A stretch of 48,209 bases of DNA from a virus (Duplodnaviria; Caudoviricetes), in the IMG/VR virus record IMGVR_UViG_3300047672_000021, positions 1 to 48,209 of that record. One strand, given 5' to 3'. Of this stretch, positions 36,936 to 44,578 are shown one piece after another. The position numbers and the translations under genes are program-made. Within the stretch, counting starts at the first letter, position 1. Every line of letters starts with the position of its first letter. The notes under the pieces are model-generated. The model did not search any database. It worked only from the letters and a program-made list of their open reading frames with translations, and had not been told where the DNA came from.

Positions 36936-38201
36936 ATGCCTAATTTCGTGATCACCGTACCGACGCCACCGACGATCGAAGTCACTGTAACGCAGAAGCC
37001 CGGTGCTCCCGGTGCGCCCGGCCCAGCAGGCCCACCGGGCCCGGCCGGTGCGGACGGTGCGGGAAGCGCGACCGCGAGCAGCCTAGCGACGACTGGCGCG
37101 CCCGTGGACGTCGCAGCATCTGCGCCGCCTGTCGAGGGCCAGGTACTAACAGCTGCAGATGCGGAGCACTCCATTTGGCGCGTGCCCGGCTTGCACTACG
37201 ATCCGTCAATCAAATTTTGGTCAAGCACCACGGGTGCCGCCACGATCTTGCCCGGCACGTGGGGTTTTATCTGGCCGCCGCCGGTGGGGACTACGTCTGT
37301 CGCCGTGTACATCGTGTCGTCACTTGATGCGCCGCCAGTTGATGCGCGTTTCGGCTTGTATGTGCATCGCGACGTCACGGTGCCCGTGCAAGTCAACGTG
37401 CTCGGCACGTCGGAGATCCAAGGGCTAGACGGCTTGCGCGGCCCGAGTGCGGTGCTGCTGCCGGGCGCGAATTACGAATGGATTTTTTATCATGAGGATG
37501 GATCGTCGATTTGGGGCTTAGTCAGTGACACGGCAGGCGGCGCGAAGCGGATTGTAGTCGCGGGTGGTGCGAATGTTGAGCTCGCAGGTTCGCCGGTGCC
37601 GACGCCCGGCCAGGCGCTGATCGCGACCGATGCGACACACGCAGGGTTTGCGGCTTTGCCAGCGGGCCTGGCTCTCACCGCTGCAGCGCCCACGCAGATC
37701 ACAGTCACGACTGCAGCCGTGGGCGGCGACACAGCGGCGGCGCACGGCGATCATGTGCACAGCGTAGCGACCGCGGCACCTGCGGCGCTTGCGGTGGGCG
37801 GTGCGAACGTGCAGGGCTCGGCCGCCACGCTCGCGCGGTCCGATCATGTGCATGCCGTGCTTGGCGCCGCCAACGCGTTTGCATGGGCCACCAACGCCGC
37901 ATCGATCGCGGTCGCAGGCGTGGGCGGTGTGTGGGCGGCTTCGAACAACCTAACGGGCAATTCAACCTTGACGATCACTGGCGGTGTGGATGGCGTGCGC
38001 TTGTCGCTATACGTCAAGCAAGACGGCACCGGCAGTCGCACGCTTACGCTGTCGATCGCGGGCCGTACGATTCGGCGCGACACCGGGATAAGCGACGACA
38101 ACCCGGCCGCCGGCATCAACTTGATCACCGCCTACGAAATCGAGTTCGCAACCATCGTGGGTACTGCGTCCGTACGCGTCCGCAAAATGCCGCTTGTGTA
38201 A
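36936..38201 (+). CDS. Second fibre-like protein with collagen-like repeat and DHVH repeats
   Basis: GAPGAPGPAGPPGPAGADG; AHGDHVH, ARSDHVH; KQDGTGSRTL. Confidence 0.7.
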   Translation: MPNFVITVPTPPTIEVTVTQKPGAPGAPGPAGPPGPAGADGAGSATASSLATTGAPVDVAASAPPVEGQVLTAADAEHSIWRVPGLHYDPSIKFWSSTTGAATILPGTWGFIWPPPVGTTSVAVYIVSSLDAPPVDARFGLYVHRDVTVPVQVNVLGTSEIQGLDGLRGPSAVLLPGANYEWIFYHEDGSSIWGLVSDTAGGAKRIVVAGGANVELAGSPVPTPGQALIATDATHAGFAALPAGLALTAAAPTQITVTTAAVGGDTAAAHGDHVHSVATAAPAALAVGGANVQGSAATLARSDHVHAVLGAANAFAWATNAASIAVAGVGGVWAASNNLTGNSTLTITGGVDGVRLSLYVKQDGTGSRTLTLSIAGRTIRRDTGISDDNPAAGINLITAYEIEFATIVGTASVRVRKMPLV

Positions 38202-38215
38202 AGGGAGTCGCCGAC

Positions 38216-38569
38216 GTGCAAACACTCGACTACACGCCATCGCCACCGATCACGGTCCGTGTCGTCACGGGCGCTACAGTCGGGTTCGGGCTCACGGTCC
38301 GGCACGCAGACGGCACGCCCGTGGACCTATCGGCGTACACGATTACGGCGCCGTTTTTGGAGCGCAGCGGTGTAGCGCCGCCGGTGGTCGGTTTTACGGT
38401 CGTGCAGACTGACATCGCGTCGCTGTCGCTGTCGCTCACCGCCGACGAATCCGAAAGGCTAGGCGACCTGCATTCCCCAGTGTCGTGGTCGTGGCCGTGC
38501 TGGGCGGAACTGGCCACCGGCGAGCGTATAGAGCTCGTGCACGGCACGCTGGCGCTGTCGCCGCCCTAG
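38216..38569 (+). CDS. Tail-associated hypothetical protein (possible fibre adaptor)
   Basis: AAGGGAG RBS; DGTPVDLSAYT...LSLTADES motif; last gene of the late module. Confidence 0.65.
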   Translation: MQTLDYTPSPPITVRVVTGATVGFGLTVRHADGTPVDLSAYTITAPFLERSGVAPPVVGFTVVQTDIASLSLSLTADESERLGDLHSPVSWSWPCWAELATGERIELVHGTLALSPP

Positions 38570-38845
38570 TGCCGATCGCGGGAGCAATTCGATCGGAGGG
38601 CGCCGCGGCGCCGATTTCCCGGCTCCAAAGCCCCCAAAACGCACGCCCGCCGCCCGCCGCGGTCGGTTTTGCTTGTGTGCTCGGCAGAATCGAGCCGTAG
38701 TTACGCCACCGCATGCGCTGATGTATGCGGGCCCTTTAAGGGCGAAAGCCGCCGGTGTTACTAGCACCCGCGGCCATCGGGACATCCGCGACGTTTTCAC
38801 GTCAGGGCGGCGCCCCACTACGTCACGCACCACACGCGATCCGCA

Positions 38846-39829
38846 GTGCCAGGAAGCCTAGGCGAAAACGAGCACGAAGGCCAGCTGCACCTCGCAGCGA
38901 TGGTACCGGGGCGCCGTATGCGCCGCGGGGAACGTGCTGCAGCCCGTGCAGCCGACCGCGCGGACCGAGCCGCGGCCAAGCGCCGCGCCACACCGCCGGC
39001 AGCCGCTACGGAGCGCATGGAGCGCCGCAGCCGCGATTGGCTCCGGCGGTACGGTGAGCTCGAAGCGCCGCCGATACCAGGCCCACCGGAGCTCCGGCGG
39101 GCTTTGTGGCGTGGCGCCCAGTACCTAGTTACGGACACCACGGGCGAGCGCATGCGCTGGGCGGCTCGGCAGCTGGATGCGGACGGTTATGCAGAAGTCG
39201 TGGGCGGGGCGTGGGCGGCTGCCGCGGTGTCTATGGGTGATGGGACGTACCGGTACACGTTCCGGGGGACGGGCCGTGAGGCGCGGCGAGCCCGGCGGGT
39301 GTTCGCGATCGTGTGGCTGCTGTGCCAGCTCGAGCGGGCCGGTGTGGTCCGTGGTGTGAGCCTGTGTGTGTTTGCGCGCATGATCCGGGATGTCGACGAT
39401 GGCGATCCGTACTGCCGCGCCTGCGGGCACTGGCACCCGTCCCGCAGTGCTTTCAACCACCGCGGCGCCGATGATTCGCTGGCCACGGGCGATCTAGGCT
39501 ACTTCGTAGCGCTTGAGCAAGCCGGAGCTCTCACACGGCACCAGTGGCGAACCGCCGCCCAGATCGCCCGGTACTGCGAGCCGTGGGAGATCGGCGACTC
39601 CGGTTACCCGTGCAACGAATACCACCTGGCCGGGCGTGACCGTGCGGGCCGTGTGGCGGATGCCGCGCGCCTAGCGCCGGGCTCGGTGGCTCCGGCGCTG
39701 GTGGTGCTCTACGCCATGCTGCGGGATTTGGCGCACGACGCCTGCGACGACTCGCGGCCGTTCGTGCGGTGTGCGTACGGCACGGTGGCGGCGCTCCGCG
39801 CCCAGCAGCACGCGCAAGCGCCGCCGTAG
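38846..39829 (+). CDS. Hypothetical protein, candidate plasmid replication initiator
   Basis: Isolated gene between structured non-coding regions, next to par; GYFVALEQAGALTR...NEYHL resembles a winged helix; CRACGHWH; start uncertain. Confidence 0.45.
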   Translation: MPGSLGENEHEGQLHLAAMVPGRRMRRGERAAARAADRADRAAAKRRATPPAAATERMERRSRDWLRRYGELEAPPIPGPPELRRALWRGAQYLVTDTTGERMRWAARQLDADGYAEVVGGAWAAAAVSMGDGTYRYTFRGTGREARRARRVFAIVWLLCQLERAGVVRGVSLCVFARMIRDVDDGDPYCRACGHWHPSRSAFNHRGADDSLATGDLGYFVALEQAGALTRHQWRTAAQIARYCEPWEIGDSGYPCNEYHLAGRDRAGRVADAARLAPGSVAPALVVLYAMLRDLAHDACDDSRPFVRCAYGTVAALRAQQHAQAPP

Positions 39830-39851
39830 CGGCCGCCCATAGCACCGCGAC

Positions 39852-39904
39852 ACGACGACAAGGCGTACGCAGCCCAAGGGAGCGGTGCGCCTTGTCGTCG
39901 TTTT
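39852..39904 (+). terminator. Long hairpin followed by T-run after the candidate rep gene
   Basis: ACGACGACAAGGCG (39852-39865) / CGCCTTGTCGTCGT (39888-39901), then TTT. Confidence 0.55.
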
Positions 39905-40106
39905 GGCGCGTTTTTGGGGCGTTGTGGGCGTGCCCGGCGACCGCCGGCCGGCCTTCCGGAGCTCTCACGCAGTCGCCGGTGGGCGTCGCTAGGCACCGCG
40001 ACGCCCTAGGTCGTGGACGGACGCCGGCTTCCGGGGCGTCGCGTAAGCATTACTTGTGTGGTGTGACACCGCACTCCCGCTTTTAAGCGGATCTGAGATC
40101 AGCAGG

Positions 40107-40508
40107 CTAGGGCGGGGTGCGCCGGCCGCGACGTGCCGGCGGCGTGGGCGTGGGCGCCGCCGGCAGCTCGCCAGGCGCCGCCGGATAGTGCTGCTCGATC
40201 ATTTCGACGATCAGATCCCGCACCCGCACCTGCCGCCGTGTCGCCGCGAGCTCCAAGCGCATCACCAGATCGATCGGCAGCGTGCAGGACACCTGCCGGG
40301 TTTGCTGGCCATCGGCGCGCTGGTAGGGCGCGGAAATCGTGCCTACCCGTCTTTCGGCGGGTGTCGTTTTGGCGGCGTTCGGGTGTGGGTTGGGCACCAC
40401 GGCGGCCGCCGGCTTGGGCGCGGCGTTCGCCGCCGTCACGGTACCCACGCCCACGCGGTCGAACATGTCGCGCCCTAGCACGCTGGCCCGCGGTTTCTGG
40501 GCGGCCAT
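40107..40508 (-). CDS. Ribbon-helix-helix protein, ParA partner (type Ib centromere-binding protein candidate)
   Basis: RQVSCTLP-IDLVMRLELAATRRQ-VRVRDLIVEMIEQHY is an RHH pattern; coupled to parA; disordered N-terminus with LGR. Confidence 0.75.
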   Translation of the reverse strand: MAAQKPRASVLGRDMFDRVGVGTVTAANAAPKPAAAVVPNPHPNAAKTTPAERRVGTISAPYQRADGQQTRQVSCTLPIDLVMRLELAATRRQVRVRDLIVEMIEQHYPAAPGELPAAPTPTPPARRGRRTPP

Positions 40509-41269
40509 CAGTGCACCGCCTTGCGCCTGATGAGCTCTTGAGCAAGCGCCGCAAAATCCTGCGCACCGGCGCTGTCCGGTGCGTAGGTGCGTATCGGGGC
40601 ACCGTGAGAATACGATTCGGAGATCTTGACGTTCTGTCGGATCACGGCCTTACACATGACACTACCGAAACGGTCACGCAGAGCGGCTTCGACGTCGCGC
40701 GACAGCCGCGTGTTAGTTGTACGTGACGCAACCACGGCGGCGATCGTCAAGGCCGGGTTGAGCCGTGTACGTACTTGCTCGAGCGTTTCGAGCAGCGTAG
40801 CGACACCTTCTAGCGGCGCCGCTTCCGTGTATACGGGCACGATCACGCCTTGGGCGGCCGTGAGTGCCAGCGACGACATCAGTCCTAACGTGGGCGGGCA
40901 ATCGAGCAGCACCAGATCCCACCGGCCGGGCACACGTCGCAGCGCATGCCGCAACAAGGTCTCAGCGCCGGGCTCGCCTGCGAGCTGCCGATCGATCTTG
41001 GCTAGAGCTCGCCCGGATTGCACCAGCGACACACCGGCGGCGGTGTCGATCACATGCATCACCGCGCCATCCGCGATCGCCGCCACCAGCTGCCGACCGT
41101 CGCATGGTGGCGCGCCCAGCGACGTGCCGGCGTTGCCCTGCGGATCAAGGTCCACCAGCAGCACGCGCTTGCCGCGCGCGGCGTACTCCGCGGCCAGGTT
41201 GATCGCGGTCGTGGTCTTGCACGAGCCGCCCTTTTGATTTGTCACCGCGTACACCGGTGCTATTGCCAT
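40508..41269 (-). CDS. parA: ParA/Soj-family partition ATPase
   Basis: NQKGGSCKTT, VLLVDLDPQGNA, LLDCPPTLG, IRQNVKISES; no N-terminal HTH. Confidence 0.92.
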   Translation of the reverse strand: MAIAPVYAVTNQKGGSCKTTTAINLAAEYAARGKRVLLVDLDPQGNAGTSLGAPPCDGRQLVAAIADGAVMHVIDTAAGVSLVQSGRALAKIDRQLAGEPGAETLLRHALRRVPGRWDLVLLDCPPTLGLMSSLALTAAQGVIVPVYTEAAPLEGVATLLETLEQVRTRLNPALTIAAVVASRTTNTRLSRDVEAALRDRFGSVMCKAVIRQNVKISESYSHGAPIRTYAPDSAGAQDFAALAQELIRRKAVH

Positions 41270-41331
41270 GATGTGTCGCCCTTGATGTCGTGCCCTCACG
41301 ACACACTTAGCAAAAACGCACGCGAAAGCGC

Positions 41332-41434
41332 AAGCTCATGAGCTCATGAGCACCGGAGCTCATGAGCTAAGTGTGCGGATCCGCTCATGAGCTCATGAGC
41401 ACGGGTGCACCGGAGCTCATGAGCTCATGAGCGG
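41332..41434. repeat. GWGCWC-NN octamer array 5, bipartite (5+7 units), upstream of parA; parS/operator candidate
   Basis: Blocks 41332-41369 and 41381-41434; abuts a minus-strand TTGCGC -35-like hexamer (41333-41328). Confidence 0.9.
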
Positions 41435-41490
41435 AAATCGGGTTGCGTTTTTGTTCTACCGGTGATCTGCTTATGTCGGAGGTGACGGCG

Positions 41491-41751
41491 ATGGCGACTG
41501 ATGAAAACGGCATGGGCGTGCACGCGGAGCTCAACACGGGACGCACGGTGCTGCGGCTCGGCATGCATTGGCCGATCGTGCATCTGCTGTCGCGCTATCC
41601 GTATGGCTGGGTGATCAGCCGCGATGTGTGTCAGGGCGACGTGTCGATCGAGTCGCGCGAGTACTTCGACACTGAGGGCGAAGCGCGCGCGGCATGGCGG
41701 CGGCTGCTGGGCGGTGCATCAGACCACGTCGCCATCGCGGATGCGGTCTAG
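41491..41751 (+). CDS. Hypothetical protein divergent from parA
   Basis: GGAGGTG RBS before ATG 41491; 3' end overlaps the helicase 3' end convergently. Confidence 0.55.
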   Translation: MATDENGMGVHAELNTGRTVLRLGMHWPIVHLLSRYPYGWVISRDVCQGDVSIESREYFDTEGEARAAWRRLLGGASDHVAIADAV

Positions 41752-42978
41752 CAGCGACGTGTGGCGCACGGCCGGCGCACGGTTGCGGATGGCTCGGTCG
41801 ATCCCCTTGCGGTCGCCTACCAGCACCACGCCGGCTTTCGCGCGCGTGATCGCGGTGTAGAGCAATTGCCGCGACAGCATGTATGTGTGGGTTGAGTGAC
41901 ACACGACAATCGTCCACGGGTATTCAGAGCCCTGCGTGCGGTGGATTGTCAGTGCGTACGCGAGCTGCAGTGCGCCGGCCTGGCCGCCGTTGTATGCCAG
42001 GGCGCCGTGATCTGGGTACTCCACGACGGCCGCTCCGGTGGTGGCGTCCACGGACAGCACACGGCCGACTTCGCCGTTGTAGACGCCCAGATCGTAATTG
42101 TTTTTGGTTTGGATCACGCGGTCGCCTGCACGGATGGCGCCGGGCTCCGGTGGTTTGGCGCCCGCAGCCAGCGGCGGCGGTGGATTCAGCGCGGCTTGTA
42201 GCGCGGTGTTGGCCGCATCCACGCCTGCGACGCCCGGCCGCTGCGGGATGAGCACTTGTGCTTCGCCGCGCGGGCCACCGCGTGGGAAGGCTTCGACGCA
42301 CAGCCGCCGGACCTTGGGCAGCAGCCACGCAGGATCGGTGCACTCTGCGAAGCGGAAGTCATGCACCGGATCGAGGGCAAAGCCGTGGCCACGCAGCATC
42401 GCTTGCGCCGCGGTGTGGATCCACGAATCCGCCGCGCTACGGTGCAGCGTGCCGAGCCGTACCACCGGCACGATGCCGGCCCGCACCATGTCCGTGAAAG
42501 GCTGGCCGGGCCCGACAGGTGGCAGCTGATCCGCATCACCGACCAAAATCAGCCGCGTGCGTCGTGTGTTGATGGCTGCACATAGCGCCGCCATCAGCTC
42601 TATGTCGAGCATGCTGGATTCGTCGACGATCACGCAATCGCATTCCAGCGGGTTGCCGGCGTCGCGCTGGAAGCTCTGCGTACGCGGTGAGTACTCGAGC
42701 AGTCTGTGTAGCGTCGAAGCGTCGCGGCCGGTGGCTTCTGCGAGCCGCTTGGCAGCCTTGCCGGTGGGCGACGCGAGCGCATACGTGCGGTGGGCCCGCT
42801 CGAGCTGATCTACGGCTTGTCGCAAGCACGTCGATTTACCGGTGCCAGGCCCGCCGGTCACGATGCCTACCGGTGCGGAGCACACGAGCTCTACGGCCCG
42901 GCGCTGCGTGGGATCGAGTACCACGCGATCGCGCTCATGAGCTCCGGTGCTCATGAGCTCATGAGCACCCGTGCTCAC
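41719..42978 (-). CDS. RecD2-like SF1B helicase, C-terminal motor half
   Basis: GGPGTGKST, SPTGKAA, TLHRLL, VDESSM, GDADQLPPV, YALTIHRTQGSEY, LYTAITRA. Confidence 0.9.
   Translation of the reverse strand: MSTGAHELMSTGAHERDRVVLDPTQRRAVELVCSAPVGIVTGGPGTGKSTCLRQAVDQLERAHRTYALASPTGKAAKRLAEATGRDASTLHRLLEYSPRTQSFQRDAGNPLECDCVIVDESSMLDIELMAALCAAINTRRTRLILVGDADQLPPVGPGQPFTDMVRAGIVPVVRLGTLHRSAADSWIHTAAQAMLRGHGFALDPVHDFRFAECTDPAWLLPKVRRLCVEAFPRGGPRGEAQVLIPQRPGVAGVDAANTALQAALNPPPPLAAGAKPPEPGAIRAGDRVIQTKNNYDLGVYNGEVGRVLSVDATTGAAVVEYPDHGALAYNGGQAGALQLAYALTIHRTQGSEYPWTIVVCHSTHTYMLSRQLLYTAITRAKAGVVLVGDRKGIDRAIRNRAPAVRHTSLLDRIRDGDVV
42931..42976. repeat. GWGCWC-NN octamer array 6 (5 perfect, 1 imperfect) at the RecD2 split point
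   Basis: Translates as STGAHELMSTGAHE at the start of the motor half. Confidence 0.95.
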
Positions 42979-43895
42979 GACGCCACCGCCGCTGTCCATG
43001 TGCGGGCCCGCGCGCACAGCTGCAGCAGCGTAGCCGCGGCGTCGGTTTCCGCGCGGTGCAGGTGCCGCAGATACGCGCGGTCGTCGCGGAGCACGACGCC
43101 CGCACGCCCAAGCATGGGCGCCACCGCAGAGCCCGGCAGGGCGAGCAAAGCGGCAGTCATGCGCACCAGCGCGCCCGATGGCAAGTAGCAGTGCCCGTGC
43201 GTCTGCGCGGAGTCGTAGAGCACGTGGCGAAGCGCAGCCATAATGCGGTATGGGCTGTCGGTGGCGAGTCCGATGCGCAGCGCCAGGGCGTCAGCTCGCC
43301 GGAAGCCCACGCCGTGGATCGTGTCGATCAGCTGGTACGGATCAGCGCGGATGGCGGCGATGGTACCGGTTAGCGTGTCGTACTCAGCGACGCACCGGCC
43401 GATCTGCGTGTACGTGAGTCCCCAACCATACAGCGTCACCAGCGCCGCGCGGTCGGCGCGTTGCTCGCGGTATGCAGCGCCGATGCGCTCCGCGCGCGGT
43501 GCGGTGATGCCTGCGATCTCGGTGAGCGATTCGGGTGCGTGCTCGAGCGTGGCCCAAAGCTGATCGCCGTGTCCGTACCGCGCCACGACGTCGCGCGCGC
43601 GGGCCTGGCCGATGTCCGGCAACGCGCGACACAGCCATGCGCACACGGCATCGGCGGATTGTGGGTCCGTCGTCGTGCATGCCGTCACGCGGAATTGCCG
43701 GCCATACGCGGTGTCTTGCCACTGGCCGGAGCACTCGAGCGAATCGCCCACCGAGCAACCTACGAAACGCCCCGTGACGGTGGCCCGCTTGCCGTCTGCG
43801 ACGGCGAGCACGCCCACGCCCCAACCATCAGGCGTCTTGGGTGCGAATGACAGCAGCTCGCCGCGTAGCGTGTCGTGGGGCGTGGTGATCGGCAT
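42975..43895 (-). CDS. RecD2-like N-terminal half (OB and HhH domains)
   Basis: G.W....YGRQF, LPDIGQARA, IAGITAPRA, ADPYQLI..IHGVGFRRADALA, GHCYLP. Confidence 0.85.
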   Translation of the reverse strand: MPITTPHDTLRGELLSFAPKTPDGWGVGVLAVADGKRATVTGRFVGCSVGDSLECSGQWQDTAYGRQFRVTACTTTDPQSADAVCAWLCRALPDIGQARARDVVARYGHGDQLWATLEHAPESLTEIAGITAPRAERIGAAYREQRADRAALVTLYGWGLTYTQIGRCVAEYDTLTGTIAAIRADPYQLIDTIHGVGFRRADALALRIGLATDSPYRIMAALRHVLYDSAQTHGHCYLPSGALVRMTAALLALPGSAVAPMLGRAGVVLRDDRAYLRHLHRAETDAAATLLQLCARARTWTAAVAS

Positions 43896-43904
43896 GGGTG
43901 CAAT

Positions 43905-43962
43905 CCAAAAAATTGCGGCCGTGTGTCGGTGTAGAGGGCGATCCCACCGAACACACGGCCGC
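43905..43962 (-). terminator. Intrinsic terminator after ssb
   Basis: GCGGCCGTGTGT/ACACACGGCCGC stem followed on the minus strand by AATTTTTT. Confidence 0.65.
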
Positions 43963-43987
43963 CGTTACGTCACAGAGGCGTTAGCAG

Positions 43988-44578
43988 TTAGAACGGGATG
44001 TTGTCATCATCGACAACAGCCGTTCCGGCGCCCACCGCGGCATTGGTGGGGCGTCGTTGTGGCGCGGGTGCACGTGGCGCGGCCGGTGCGGCCGGTGCGG
44101 GTGCCCGCGGCGCGGCCGGGCGTGCCGGCGGTGCAGCGCCGCGCGATTGGATCGCATAGCCGCGCATCTCCGCCGCGAAAGCTCGAGCGGCGGTTTCGTC
44201 CATGCGGTTTTTCATGGCGATGCCGCCACCGCCTAGGGCGTTGACCCACCGCACCCGGATCTGCGGGTTGCCTTGCAGGTCTTGATCCTCTTCCACGACA
44301 ATCGCAACTTCGTTGGCGTCGATCGTAGTCAGATCGTCCAGGTCGTCACCCTGCCAGCCGCAGATCCGCAGGGCTTTCATGGTGATTTCGATCGCCTTTT
44401 CGCTGGCGAATGAGCCGTACCACGTGATCGACTTGCCCACAGCCGAATCATCGCCCGCGCGGCCGCCGTCCAGGATTTGAAACTCCACGCCGATCTGCGG
44501 CTTGCCTTGCGATGTCGAGCCCAGCGCCGCGCCGATGGCGCGCGCGCGGTACGTGTCAGGTTGGATGTAATGTGTCAC
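43988..44578 (-). CDS. Single-stranded DNA-binding protein (DUF669-like)
   Basis: Beta-rich core, Pro/Ala linker and acidic DDDNIPF C-terminus; next to a Sak4-like gene. Confidence 0.8.
   Translation of the reverse strand: MTHYIQPDTYRARAIGAALGSTSQGKPQIGVEFQILDGGRAGDDSAVGKSITWYGSFASEKAIEITMKALRICGWQGDDLDDLTTIDANEVAIVVEEDQDLQGNPQIRVRWVNALGGGGIAMKNRMDETAARAFAAEMRGYAIQSRGAAPPARPAAPRAPAPAAPAAPRAPAPQRRPTNAAVGAGTAVVDDDNIPF

Noticed and set aside
38717-38790. Hammerhead ribozyme or c-di-GMP-I riboswitch
   Set aside because: CTGATG...GAAA is present, but the core reads CTGATGT rather than CTGANGA and the stems do not fit. The GEMM tetraloop/receptor layout is also not met.
40040-40092. dif-like or telomere-resolution site
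   Set aside because: The palindromes are short, the spacing does not match XerC/D dif, and no protelomerase is encoded.
15457-42976. Octamer arrays as CRISPR arrays or cloning polylinkers (they contain SacI, ApaLI, BspHI and AgeI sites)
   Set aside because: There are no unique 25-45 bp spacers or cas operon. Strict 8-bp periodicity at six native gene junctions with different unit orders does not fit a vector artefact.
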